Assembly (NCBI RefSeq): GCF_964355755.1 | Contig: NC_092675.1 | Span: 9,667,812 to 9,731,811, forward strand | Source: Antedon mediterranea | Taxonomy: Eukaryota > Animalia > Echinodermata | Length of the DNA stretch: 64,000 nt | Reading direction: 5' to 3' | Part shown: piece after piece, positions 22,901 to 35,774 of the stretch | Layout: every line of letters starts with the position of its first letter | Position numbering within the stretch: the first letter of the stretch is position 1 | Translations under genes and position numbers: made by a program | The notes under the pieces: generated by a model | Databases searched by the model: none | Seen by the model: only the letters and a program-made list of their open reading frames with translations | Told to the model about the DNA's origin: nothing

Positions 22901-25900
22901 TAGTGGTAGTTTATATTGCTTGGTGGTGTAACACAGAGACCCCAGACCCCTTGTGTGGACGCAAAGTGAGGCCTAGGGCATTTTTATCCTTTTTGAGTCA
23001 TGCTCAGGCCCCCCCCCCCCCCCCCATAAGCACCGGGGTCCCTGGGTTTAGCCAGTGAACACTCATCAGCATTAGTCGCCTTCTTGTTTTCCACTATTTT
23101 CTTTTACATTTTTGCACATTTTGGCCCAGACGCTTCACCTGCACCTGGTTTAAGCTGCAAAGAGATTAATCCACCAAAGTACCATGTCAATTTTTTAAAA
23201 TCAGGCAGAAGAGTGTCTTTGTAATTAATTAATTAATAATTTCATTTGTAACAATTATGTCTTGGATTGACAAAGGGGTTTTTTGTATTTAAAATCATAG
23301 TTATATCAAACTTTTTTTTGTTTGTGTTATATTGAAGAATTGCTTCATATATGAATGCTACAGTATATGTTTTTAAATTTGTAAATGCTGCCAAAATCTT
23401 GATTTTAATGTCGACATCCTTCTTGGTAACACCCATGTCCGACACAGTTTTAATACTAGGTGTTACTTTCCTCCTTACAGCTGTAGAAACGTTCCGTTCA
23501 TACAGAAGTAACACAACGCCATCTGTCTGGCATACAGGTTTGCTTGCTGTCTATGTGCCTGCTTTATTATACTCGACCTTTGGCATGTTAATATTACAAA
23601 CCAAGTCTGTGCTTTAATGCTTCAGTGTTTTATAAAAATAAATCAGAGATCTATGTATGCTTGTATTGTTTTTAGAATTACAGATCTCCCTATCTGGAAA
23701 AATGAAACATCAGGAGGATTTTTTAAAGCAAAATAAAATACCTCAAACTAATTAGAGATATTGGCATCTACAATGGTAAACATGGGGATTTCATGACGTA
23801 CCAAAGACGGAAAATGTTGGGAATATTGTATTTTGGCAGGAAATGACACAAAGTATCGCCATTATATTTTATGTTTGTCCAAAATATCAAAATAAATTAT
23901 ATTTTAGTGGGAGAGCATGAGATGACACAAAATATCGGAAAATTTCCAGCATTGGGAGAATTGGGAGGTCTGTAATTGTTTGACATTCTACGGTTTACTT
24001 GTTTGCTTATGATACAGCATGAATCCTGCATGGCTACAGAACAAATCCCTAAATACTAGTTGTAGTTTGTCTTACCGTTGTCCTTTATCTATAAGTACAT
24101 GGTCCAGTTTCAGATTTTGTTTTGTTTGATGTGCTTAAAACACAATATTGCATCCAAGTTAAACTAATTTGTAAGCTAACTTGGTTGGATATAAGACTTC
24201 GTATCTTGTTAGATATGTTATGCATTGCATGTTTCCTAGTGTTTCATTTGTCAAATTTTGATATGATTGCATCTTGTTGTTCTAAGCATTGGACGCAACA
24301 ATTGATATGTTACTGTTGTAATTGCAGAGCCACCAGTTACCACTAAGGCTAAACGCAGTCACTCTGTAAATATAATATCATCTCCAAGTAAATATCAAGT
24401 ACACAGTGAGCTATCTTTAGGTATTATGTATTTGTAGATTATTGATACAATATATAGGCCATATAGAGAAGATAAAGATAGAAGGTACCTAACCCAGAGC
24501 TAGTACCCCCAATTGGTCATGGTGATACCCCATTACCCTAACCTCCATAACCCCTATCATGGTAGTTCAAGTTTATTTTAAAAAAAAAAGTTTCCCAGTA
24601 CAATTTTGATTGTGATACCCCGTTATAAATATAAAGCATCCCCAGTTCAGTACAATTGGGTTTGTTTTTTATACCCCTTTTGTATAACAAATAAACAGCC
24701 AATGTGGGGAAAAGTGACGAATGTAGACACCATTTTGGTCATTATATTGGTACCAAGATTGTGGATAAACTTTCCCTGTACAATTGCAGTCATTTTGATA
24801 TGTCATTGTATTGTGGATATGTGCAGTATGAACAACGGCACAAACTCTCTTTTAAATTATAATTAAAATGTTGGTCAGTAGAATTAAATATAAACATTCC
24901 ATTTCTGAATAAATTATCTTTGTCATGACTTTCTGACAATCTAGATCAGACTTTTAGAAATTTAATTATTAATACCAGAATGTCTTGTTCTTCAGTGGGA
25001 TGTACAGGAATTTGTACATTTAAAATTAGTTGAAACCAAATATATTAGACATTTTTTAGCATATGGTATTGTACTTTAGCAAACGTTTTTTTTGCTTTTT
25101 AAACGACCAAATTGAATGTTCTGGTGGTTATTTTACATTGAAATTGCAATAATTTTTTATTCAAAGCCTGCACAATACAGATGACAATAGTAAAGTAAGA
25201 TTGATATGATATTTATCTTATTAATGTATTTTATAAAATATATTCATTAATTGTTGTCATTTCTCTACTAGGGTTTTTCAATTTATATTATTTCCTTTTA
25301 CTTATTTGATGTTCATTATGTTTGAATAAACATAGTATAAAACTTACTCAAAATGATGAGAGAGAAAAGTCATGATTTAAAGATGTATTTTCCCCTGAAA
25401 AAATAATTCATAAACACAGTTTTGTTTAATGTGTGGTAGTGATTAACTTATTAAAACTGAAAAATACCTATTCAAAGTCTGATTTAATTATCTTCATGTT
25501 TCATGTTTTTTGGGGACAAAACATCTTTAACATTTCTTTAGTTGCTGATCATCATCATCATCATCATCATCTGATCATCATACAGTAGCCGCCTGATGAT
25601 AATCAAATAAAGATCGAAATGTTATGACATCTCTCATTATTTGGAGGAAGTTTTATACTATGTTATTTGAACCAAATCAGTTCATCTATTGGTTTTTACA
25701 TGTTTGTATTGTGAATAAAATATAGTTTTTGTTGTTTCAATATGTGTAACTATATACAATATATTTTTCTAATGGTTTCTAAGCATTGCTTTATCCATTC
25801 TACTACATAACATGTGTGTTTCTTATCTACAGTATAAAATTATTCACCTATTATACAATTTCAATTCAAGTGTGTTTTTTTTGTGATACAGCACTTGAAT

Positions 25901-28900
25901 TACCTTTTAATTTAAATAACACAAAGAGAGACACTATTGCCCCAACCCAGACTAGAACTCATCTTATTTTACCACTCATCATATTTACAAGTTTGATTGA
26001 GTGGATATCAAATACTGCTTCATCAACGTTTGTAATGGAAGAGCACTAGTTGTCAATTTGTACACATGCGCAATAGAGATTAAATTGATACGCCGCTATA
26101 TTTTAGCATGATTTTCAGTACGCTTGACGGTTTTAGCGTTTCTCTTTTCTGTTTATAATGTATGTATTACAGTATACAGTATTAATATTGAGAATTTAAA
26201 TTGTTTATATGTTTCCAGATTTTTATTCAGTAATTGTAATTCCTTGAGTGTGTTCTTTAAACATTTATTTCTGTTGTTGTTACTTGTTGTCTGGGTTTTA
26301 ATTTTATATGCCTGATTTCAAATGTTTCTAATTATTGTTTTTGTTATATTTTATACATTTGACAAAAAAAAGATTAAACAATTATGCCTTTTTTTTTTGC
26401 AGATACTGCCAGTCCAGCTGCTCTCGCAAAGATTAAAGGTAAGTACGTTTTCTTTCCATCCACTGTGTTGAAATGCATCCTGTAAAACCGAGTGCAAAAC
26501 TTAAAACTACCATAAATTCCTCCAATATTCATAAAATGAGGGAATGTTCCATTTTATGTCAAAAAGAGGAGAGTGCACCACTAGCATTACCCCTCTGGAC
26601 AAGAGGCTGCAAGCAAGCTACATAAAGCTTGGTTCCCACTAGAACGTAACACAAGGACGTAAACGCAACGCAAGCGTTTTAACCAATGACAAGCGAAGTT
26701 ATAGACAGTTAGCAATCACAAGCGAATAAGCCATCACTTGTGATTGGTCAATTCACTTGCGTTGCGTTACGTCCTTGCGTTGCGACGCTAGTGGGAACCA
26801 CGCTTTAGAGTGAAATCATGAAAAAATTGATTTGTTATCTAGAATTTTAATTGTTGTATACCAGGGGCGGATCTAGGATTTTGATAAAGAGGGGGCCGAT
26901 ATGGGAAAAATAATCGTCTAGACGCCCGGAGATAGCATCTGAGGCGTTTTGGCCATTCAGTTCTTGTGAAATAATTATCTGAATATAGTGGGTTTTATAG
27001 ACCATATTTAATATATGGAACTGGTTTTTTTTTGCGCCTAAAGTCTGTTTTCCCGTCGCGAATTTTTACGCGTTCGTTAATGGTTTCTTGGTTATTATCG
27101 ACGTTGCTGGGACACATGGACGTGAAGTTTTGCAAAGCCAAGGCCGGTCACACGAAGCCTGGCCCGTGTGACAAGTTACGGGTTTTGATACTTCAACCAG
27201 CCAACCTAGAATATATGTTTTCGCTGATATCTTAATCTAGTCTTTACACTAAAGACAAACATTAAATTAAATTGTTTTTATATTAAAATTTAGTTTTACT
27301 TACACTCGTTATTTTGAAATATCAGACTTTAAAAAAGTACAAAAAACATCGTCGCGTTGTAAAAAATCAAGAATTGTCAGCTCGTACGTATTTTTTCACA
27401 AACAATGATGACGTAATTTATGAACTATTTGATTGGTCAGTCAGTTTTACCGATAGTAACGTTGAAGTTGAACAAAAATTTAAGATTTTAACGATTTTTA
27501 ATGTTGATTTGTACCCCCTTTTCCTGTAAAATCGTTGATAAATGTATGTAAAAGATGTAAATGGGTGCATAATATATATATATATATATATATTATATAT
27601 TACACAAGAAATGAATGTTCTCTGCATGTAATGTGCACTGGAGCATGCATGAATGTGTATGGATACAGATCGTTACTTTGTCATTAATAGATGAAAAGAG
27701 AAATTCACCAAAATCTTAAAACTACCTTGAAGGTTTAATAATAACAGAAGTTAATAAAGATAGGGACAGGTTTCAAACACATTGATATAAACTGGCTCAT
27801 TTGTGAAAGATGCAAACACACTTTCTCATTCTGTTTAAGGCCACCCTCTGAAAATAAAAATAATGTTCAACCCAGTAGAAATTCACAATCACAAACTATA
27901 ATCCCTTTCAAGACTGTATATATAGGCCTATTAACCAAGATAATCTAGCAACCACAGAAAAAAAAACCTTTGATCTCCGGAGCTGTTGTTAGATTGCAGT
28001 GGCCTAACCATCCTACTATCGGCTTATGACAGTTTTAACTCTCTATAAAAATCTTTGCTATGACCAAGGCAATTTTCCTTTCTATAACATTAATATTGGA
28101 GCCACTGGATGCATTGCTAACCTGCCATTGTTGACTGTAATCAATTTTTGCCTGTCAAATACAAAATAACATAATTCTTCAGTTGAATTTAGTAATAATT
28201 GTTTATTTCTTGCTACTTGACCTTAAAAAATTTACATTAAATTAAAGATTATGTTGATAGAATGCTGATTGGACTTTACACTCACTTTCAAATGAGGAAT
28301 AGAGAAATAAACTGATTTCATTAACATTTAAAATATAAAATGTGTGCATGTCAACAAGTGCATTGCATGATGGGTATCTTGGATTTGAAATATTCTCAAA
28401 CACATAAATTTGACCTATGAACCCATTTCAGATTTTCAAAAGGAAAGAGCAATATCATGCGTGGATAGTGTACGAGCTAGAACAGATGACGGTATCTACA
28501 GTAGTATTTTATTGATAGTTGCATCATTACCAAAAATGATAAGCATGATTTAAAATCTTAAATAATAAAATTTAAAAATATTGTATTTAATTTTATTTAC
28601 TTTGTTTAATTTTAGGATCTCCAAAGATTCCTCATGATATGGCTCCAATGGTAAGTATAGTTTTTATTTGTGTTTTTGTTTTATTAAATAATTTAATATA
28701 GTCAACTCACCTAATACTGGGCACCCTTAAGCTGGCCTAATATGGGTTCAGAAATCATGCTATGATTTGGAATGTGTTTTTAATGGTAAAAAAGAATTTG
28801 GAACCTTTTGGAAATCAAGAAACATCTGGTTTTCCAGAACTCCATTTTCTAGAGAGTCTAGTATTGAGAGCATACTAATATTATGATGCATACTGAGAGT

Positions 28901-31900
28901 GTGTGGAGCAGTGTGTTGGATGTTTTGATTGCTAGATCAAGAGTTTTCGTCCCATACAGTACATGCTCGTCGCATTTCCTGTATCCATAGGCAAGACACT
29001 TACCTTTGCCTCTCTCCCCCAGGTGTACAAATGGGTAATTGATTTAGGTAAAATCTGCAATATTATGGAAGTATGTTTCCATAATGTTTTATCAAATAAC
29101 TTGGCTAATAATGTGAAATTAACATTGAAATTCATATTAAATATTGTAAATATGTTATAATGTTTTTTAGTTTGATGTTAAAAGCGATGGATCAAGACCT
29201 TCCAGCATAGCAAGCTCACAGAGTAAGATAAGCATTTTATATAACATATTATAACACACCTGATTGTATTCTTGCAATTTGATTGGAGAAATTAGGCATC
29301 ACATGTCATTTGGAATTATTCCTATATAACGAAAAAGTGAAATCTAATGCGCTCTAATGCACGTTCAGCTTTCTGTAAACATTTTGAGAATTTTTTCCAC
29401 ACGATCAGTCCGGAAATAGTTCGCGTTTGGAAATCAACTCGTTGTGCACGCCATCTATGTTATTTCTTATGAATAGTCACATAAAACGCAGAGCAGACGC
29501 GCGGTCGAGTAGAAACCGAAACCCGTTTATGATAGATACAGATGTTACAGTATGTGGGACAAGCAATCGGTTTTCTACTTAGCATTACTGCTCATCTGTG
29601 TAAATTGGCCTTTACAGTGGTTTTTTATTGAAACAACTATGTAAGATTGGTTTTTTTTTCCTTTTTTTTTCCAGGTCGGACAAGCACTTGCAGTAGGGAT
29701 AGTTCAGTATTAAATTTTGATGAGGTAAGCAATAAACACTAATATTAAGCCACATCAATTAATTTCAAACACAAATAAAATTCATAAAACTTTAACCTGT
29801 ATAAACTTCTTTCAACATAAATTTTCAGTAGGTTTGTAAAACATGATTTTTTTCTGGTTTTAATTGAACCTTTTAGGATTATTTTTCATAGCAACTATTT
29901 GTTGTATAAATAGGAGCCTCATGCGCATTTTTCCTTATAAGCTCCAGTTGCATTTATTTTTGTTTTTGTGCATTTCTTTGCCAGGGTAAACTCCCAACGA
30001 CTACTATGTATTTTTTTGTGTATACTTTAAAACTATCCTACAACTTCTGTGTTGTGTAATATACCTACAAATGTTGACTAGCAATAGGATTATATTTGTG
30101 TCTAACCCAAACATAAATCTCATAGACCAATATTAACAATACAACAGCTTGATTCCTGCTTGGATTCAACGCAAGTTCAAGCCCACCATTGACCATTCAT
30201 TATGCGATGAATAACTTGTGTTTGATCAAATTACTTGTGTTATGCCTACATTGTTTCTTTGTGTCTTAGCGGGAACCAAGTTTTACAGTTGTTAATCTAT
30301 AAAATAAAAAAATAGATAATATAAATAGTAAAGTTAGGCTTGTTATACAACTTGTATTTCCAAAAAAGGTAGCAGAGTAAGGTTGAGAATGTCTAAATGA
30401 AGACAATTGTAGCATAAAAAAACTTTCAGATATTTTCACCCTTTCTTTACTGTCCTTTTTTTGGAAATTGATACCGCAAACCTAAACTTGTGTTTATTCG
30501 CCACACAAACCTTTAAAGAATGAAAGACTAATTGGTAATTGTTCAATATTTTTCAACCGCATGTTGTAACATCTAGGTTGATGATGATTCAATGTATACA
30601 ACAATGCAAATACCCCTTCCTGCTATCCCAAGTGAGGAAGGGGAAGATGAGCTGGTAAGGAGTTGATTATGCATGTTTGTTCATTAATTATTAGTTCAGC
30701 ACTTACCTTTCCCTGCTACAAAAAGGATGGTCATTTTAGAATATCTATCATTTCCATATGTCCTACAGATTTAGGAAAATATTCGCCTTGCATGTTTCGT
30801 AGTATACACTATCTTCCATATTAGTTTTAACTTGTCATATACAAAAAATATACTGAAAATTACAAGCAAACAGGTTTTGTGCCCCAACAGTTCTTTGCTT
30901 CCTTGTAAAAAAAACTACAGTAATTTTATTTTTTACTATCTACTAACTATGTATCATTAAAATAAATTCTGTTTTGTTTCAGTTATTATTTCCTATTCCT
31001 CTTTTGTTTTTTTTAATTTTATTTTTGCACATCCATTGTGTCATAATTCATGCAAAACCAACTTAGTTCACAAAACTTTAATTTTCTTTAGTGCTGTTAA
31101 AAATGTTTTATTTAAATAATGATAGTAATAATAATAAATTTTGTATGGGTATATCAATATATATTTTACTTCATTGCAGTCTTTTAGCTATTATAAAATA
31201 TTTTTGCTTATTTATTTTGGGTGGTGCTGAGGGTGTAGGATTTCAGAATTCAGGCATTTAAAACTGCACATCTACTAGCAATAATAATCAACGATAATTA
31301 GATAAGCTGCGTACATTTTTCTTACATAAAACAAGAAATTGCAAAGATTTTTGTTTTGTTTGTATTGTTTTTAATTTTTTTTAAACCCAATCAAATTGTC
31401 ACAATATTATTGTACGTATCAATCATGACTTCATTTGATTAGACGTGTGAAAATATTATTTTCATCAAAGGAAGCATACATGGTTATCCTATAGTTATAA
31501 GACTTTGTTTTGTGTATGAAAAATGCATATTTATTGTAATGAAAAATATATTTGTAACTAAAGTATATTTATTTATTTATTTATTTATTTGGAATTACAC
31601 CTTTAGATCGGTGGCACACTTAGCACAAAGGTGCATCCTTCACAATATAAAATATAACAATTAACAGAAAAGTAAAAAAAGGCAAAAGCAACTATCAACT
31701 CCTATCCTATCCCCCCCCCCCCCCAATTTACATCGATACATACAGTAGATCATTACTTTATAGCAATTCAAAACGGATCATACAGTAAGCTTAGTGGGAC
31801 AGATGACAATACAAATCATTTTTATCTGTATTTTAACTTGTATGGTATCGAAATAATACAAAATCAAGCATAAGCCTTCCTTGACTTTAACGTGCAGAAA

Positions 31901-33884
31901 TCAAGACTAGTTTCTGTATATTGTCATGTTTTGTGGTCCTGTTTGTTTTTGCCATAAGGTTGAATTCTTGTGCCTCAGCGGGATGGTGCACAAGACTCAC
32001 CCAGTGCATACCCCCTACCCCCACCCCAGCAAATTTATTAAATTGTCTTTAATTACTGGTTTCAATATCTAGGCTGAAGGTGATTATGATTCACTGTACA
32101 CTACCATGTACACTGCACCCCTTCCTGGTATACCACCTGAGGAAATGGTTTATAAGAGGGTAAGGTGTTTGCATGCATACACACCTACAATAGCTTTTAT
32201 CAACAACTGCAGCAGTGTAATTGCTAAAAATAATCCCTAAAATAACGCCTAAAACTTATGATGTTAATATTTCTGTTTTATATAATAATGAAAATAATTT
32301 TTGTGCATGTTTAATGTATTTTAGCTTTCATATTTATCTAATTTCCACAAACACTTTTGTAAGAAGTAAATGAAAATCAAAAACTCACATAATAAGAGGA
32401 GTTGCTGATTTAGTACAATCTATGTATAATATACTTATTCCTGATTTAATACACCAGAAATAGTTATAATAATTGTGCACACTACATGTACTCTTGCTTT
32501 GTTTGTATGTGTTTTCCATTCTAATATTGTTCACACTTTAAAGATTTCACAAAAGAATTATAATATAAGATAATGAATTATTTTTTCATTTTATATAATA
32601 TGCTTTGTTAGTTAATGATTTTATTTGATTTTATTTATTTACCCTAATATTATTATTATTATAAACAGTACAATAATATTATTGTGATAGGTAAACCAAA
32701 TTTTTACCTCCATTTATGTGACATTTAGTGCATTCTTAGTAAACTACAAGAGGCAAAATAAGATTACATGTGCTGATATCAATCTATAATTTACAGTAGT
32801 AAGAACAGCATATTGTTGCTAATAACCTGGGTTGCATGTTAGGACAACATCACTTTTTTAACATTAACTCAATAACACAACCACTTGTATAGTGTAGTCA
32901 TAGCTCCAATAACTAACGTAATTCACCATCAACTTTTAGACAAAATTATTTTGGTGCATTTTCCCCTTAATAACATTGTTCTAAATTTGCCTAATCAATT
33001 CTTATTATTGAAACCTGTTATAACTGCATAAATACTTTACACATTATGCACTTACTAATGCGTAATACATAAAGTCTATATGCCCTTAGTATGTCTACAT
33101 TTATAATTATTATTACACACATACACACTATATTTTAAAGTGCATACTAATATTTATTGTTTTTTTTTTTAAATATTCATTTTTGCTATACTAATAACAA
33201 CAATTTGAACAATTACATTTTTATTGTCTCGATTATTTATATTTTCTTTTAGGAGTAATTTTCGTAGATAGATAAATTATATGAATGATTATTTAATTGA
33301 AGGTTGAATTATGTATTTAAAATTTAAAAAATCTCTGTGTCCCAGATTAATTAGGATCATACCAGTAATATTAATTCTTATCATTTAACTAATAATTAAG
33401 AATCTATTAAATTTAGGACCAACGAAAGCTCATTTTATCTTAACTCGTTCAGAAGACGGTTCTAGCATACCTGAAACACCTACACATTCAAACGTTTATT
33501 CTTTTCCTTTAGAAACCCATGGTGTAGCACAAATCATACTAGATACATGGTCTTCACATATACATAACAAAAGGGCTTAGTTCTCAAGTCCTATTAATCA
33601 GTTTTTAAACAATATTATATCATTAGAATGTAAAGGTTTACATGAAAAATGTTTTATTATGTAAAAATTGAAAGTCATAGTGCTCATAATACATATGATG
33701 TATTTTGGTTTTTATGTATTATTAGATTTCTAAGTTGCCACATAGGGAACCTCCTGCAACACCATCACGTCATGCCATAGGCCTACCTTCAGATTTACCT
33801 ATGAGACCCCCACCTCCAAGACCAGGCCGACCTACACCACAAGACCGACCAACACCAGCCCCTAGGAAAAATAAGCCAGAATAA
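7913..33884 (+). CDS. PIK3AP1: Phosphoinositide 3-kinase adapter protein 1 / BCAP-like (BCAP/BANK1/Dof family): TIR-DBB-ankyrin-coiled coil-Pro-rich
   Basis: Phase-consistent exons: 7913-7937, 9283-9843, 10793-10845, 14009-14150, 15416-15682, 16186-16382, 17214-17295, 17961-18047, 19684-19812, 20477-20655, 20901-20949, 21405-21482, 22115-22171, 24328-24420, 26403-26438, 28432-28491, 28616-28650, 29171-29222, 29675-29724, 30577-30654, 32073-32159, 33726-33884. Diagnostic motifs: DLTILFFDDAFQWCEYLFDLF (BCAP TIR), NPIEFLCDTL (DBB), PTILHFAAKYGL (ankyrin), QRELIKLQESVK..ITVDEAVKIF. The small symmetric exons in the C-terminal half are less certain. Confidence 0.88.
9283..9843 (+). CDS. PIK3AP1: BCAP-like exon: TIR domain plus acidic linker with four YxxM motifs
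   Basis: TTTTCAG acceptor and T|GTAAGT donor; VPFDLTILFFDDAFQWCEYLFDLF...LICGT...YMEM..YLPM..YMDM..YEHM. Confidence 0.88.
10147..10554. mobile_element. MITE, Tc1/mariner (pogo/Tigger-like) type
   Basis: TA on both flanks; TIRs CCATATTTATTCAAATAAACACCC / GGGCGTTTATTTAAATAAATATGG. Confidence 0.85.
11759..12862 (+). CDS. Gag capsid-like protein fused to a C-terminal Cys/His zinc finger (PHD/RINGv-like), 367 aa
   Basis: Uninterrupted ATG-TGA ORF. The N-terminal ~172 aa carry retrotransposon-gag motifs (LPKRYDG, FKRSLQGQARLW, SLESLKTQFINRF, FISTLP). The C-terminus has CQIC..CC-GTLF-H-KN-C..CLNC. Confidence 0.82.
   Translation: MVDVVDNEVILNEPVNPHPVPHLRQTDFLPKRYDGSITDHDQCSAHYLSFTDYLEAHTLENPVNNAQLINVISIFKRSLQGQARLWIEGKQFDSLESLKTQFINRFSKNKSIYAHIREYDSITYTTGDNAEKHLTKIKQAADRIGYADQQIKNKFISTLPPKCRAAVAMSSPIIDYIWKHKSEPALLDISTIDLSINLDGIATCIPNTHEFHRQHIYSMTLLLLAITKDIKAPQCTTFFSRVRQQTGIIPQDELKPSEHSPFGYVVTKYKKKLYSHIRNMQYLENKYQDTPCQICQCNPEIKNFHTDCTINKCCGTLFHKNCQQINKKYQCLNCGMVYLNEMPYTATYMLDDGTLWTTSHYYRLLYD
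13310..13896 (+). repeat. Complete 3' LTR (587 bp)
   Basis: Starts with TG after the PPT and ends with CA before the TSD; contains CCAAT boxes (~13609, ~13660), octamer ATGCAAAT (13644-51) and AATAAA (13817-22). Confidence 0.9.
14009..16382 (+). CDS. PIK3AP1: BCAP-like DBB and ankyrin exons (14009-14150, 15416-15682, 16186-16382)
   Basis: VVLLFKD..FTVEF..VPAIKVNPCTLTIETP / YPSG..SSMDALADILDHCSNPIEFLCDTL / YPTILHFAAKYGLSDLC..NRNGKTPADLADESGF; canonical splice sites. Confidence 0.92.
14193..14345. mobile_element. Fragment of the TTAA-flanked (Kolobok-like) MITE family
   Basis: TTAA+AGATGTATTGTCC start and AAATCAGGCTTTGAATAGGT are shared with 19874-20050 and, inverted, with 25381-25526. Confidence 0.65.
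14551..14692. mobile_element. Small MITE / inverted repeat
   Basis: CTTTCGTATCATAAGC (~14555-70) and GCTTATGATACGAAAG (~14674-89) form a perfect 16-bp inverted repeat with further imperfect extension. Confidence 0.65.
15770..15935 (+). mobile_element. Decayed LINE ORF2 C-terminus (Rex1/CR1-group-like)
   Basis: Translates as RRILSQTDHPLYNEYTFLPSNIRIR*...FFVPQSIATY, the HPL..LPS..R...F.P.AI motif of such LINE 3' ends, with internal stops. Confidence 0.6.
25381..25526. mobile_element. Complete TTAA-flanked MITE (Kolobok-like)
   Basis: TTAA|AGATGTATTTTCCCC...GGGGACAAAACATCT|TTAA; related fragments at ~14193, ~15035-15235 and ~19874. Confidence 0.85.
26626..26804. mobile_element. Foldback MITE with TWA flanks (Harbinger-like)
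   Basis: TIRs AGCTTGGTTCCCACTAGAACGTAACACAAGGACGTAA / TTACGTCCTTGCGTTGCGACGCTAGTGGGAACCACGCT. CpGs are retained, suggesting a young copy; a decayed relative lies at ~30146-30283. Confidence 0.88.
28898..29045 (+). mobile_element. Degenerate tRNA-derived CORE-type SINE
   Basis: A-box-like GTGGAGCAGTG, then TCCATAGGCAAGACACTTAC..TTGCCTCTCTCCCCCAGGTGTACAAATGGGTA, resembling the CORE domain. Confidence 0.6.
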
Positions 33885-35774
33885 ACAATAATTTTGATGA
33901 ACTGATTTAATATGAAATGGAGAAGAATCACTCCCAGCTGCAGTGGGTGTAAGTGTTTGTAACCAGGAACAGATTGGTAGACCACAGTGAAGAAACAATG
34001 GAATAAGTGGTGAAATAAACAAACTCAAACCACAACAGAAGTAATGTAGTTTATCCGTAGAGAAACTATTAAAACAACTAGAGAGTCAACTAGGCAACAA
34101 CAAAGTTTAATTATAGCCATTTACTACTGTACAACTGTAGGGATGTGAACAGGAATTGAACTTCTCAAAATGGCCACTGTATATCTGTTCAAAAAATGTT
34201 TTTCAATGTATGCAAAATGATCTCAAATTCTATGGAAGTCCATATAAAACAATATTGTACAATCTAGTTCTATAATGAGTTCTTAATTATCAACTGTTAG
34301 GGGTGTGTCAACAATGTGTTTCACCAATGGGTAATTTGTGTATTTTTACTCATTTTATTAAGAATTTTATATTATAATTGCCTGATATAAATTGATTAAT
34401 TTATTTTGCCTGAACAAAAAAAAAACTAAGTTTTAATGGCAGATTGTGAATTCATTGCTGTATTAGTAATGTTTGTCTTACTCTTTGTATATAAATTGTG
34501 TATATTTTAGAGTATAGAAAACTAGACTTTAAAGGAAGTCTATTGTAATTAATGTATAAAATATCATTACAAATTGAAATTTTTGACAACTTTGAAATTT
34601 ATGGAGAATGAATGGTATTTAAAAGTGTATTATATTGAACTGAAATTAACAAATTTGTCCCTGGGCTAATGTTTTTTTTTTTCTAGTTTCAGTCTAAAAA
34701 TATCCTATTTTCTCGCCCTCTGCATAGTTCAGGTTTGCCGTACTGATCTTGTATAAAAACAAAAATTGTATGATATAAAACAACGTAATACTGAAGTGGC
34801 GTTTTAATTGAAATACATTGTGAAATGATCATGGAAAAGCATTTTACCATTTAATGGTATAGCAATTATTTAATTCATTGATTTTCTTTTATAAAAAGTA
34901 AGAGTCATATTGACCAACATAAATATTTTGGAGATGACATGTTGCAGTGGATGCCGATATCAAATACTTATTGTTCTAAGTATTTGAACTTGTATTATTG
35001 AATCAATTAAGTTTTACTTCTCTAAAGTATTAGAGTTTCTCTTTATGTTACACAATAGTAGTAAGTCTCCGGTGAAAAATACATTTATTTATAACAACAT
35101 TTTAGGTGATGTATTTGTAAGCAATGTGAAGAACCAATCAATGTAATTGATATATTTTAAGATATACTTATATATTTTAATTGACAAGTGGTTTTACTTA
35201 TCTGTTGTATAATTGCATAAATAAACTTTCAGTTCCACAATTAAAAGTAATATTTGTATATTATAACAAATATGTTGTTCACCATATATTTTAAATAGTT
35301 GGGTGTAATTGTTGTGGTGTATTTTTAATTGGACTGTAGTTTTTATATGGGTTGATTAAACATGTTGTTATATTTTTAAAAACTGTTGGTTTTTGGCAGG
35401 TAACCATTAATGATATAGTTTTCTCAGTTTGTGAGAAAAGATATGGAACGCCCCTGTATGACACGCAATTGATGCAATAATAAATTATTTTTACATATAC
35501 CTATAGCATGGTTATGGCCTTTCTAAAAAAATGTAATGTAGATATTAAATTAGTATAACCCAGTTTTATTTAAAAGAGTATATGTAATTTAAATAACATA
35601 TTTAACAAGCAAGAGTTCTATTGTTGATGTTATTTATGTGCCGGATATTTCAAATCAGGTCTCCAACTGTAAGTTTATAACTGATAAAATCAGATTTAGT
35701 ATATATACATTCTTGTTTTTGTTTTTTTATCATTGTTAACATTTTCGTTGATACTAATCAGTGACAATTTTGTG

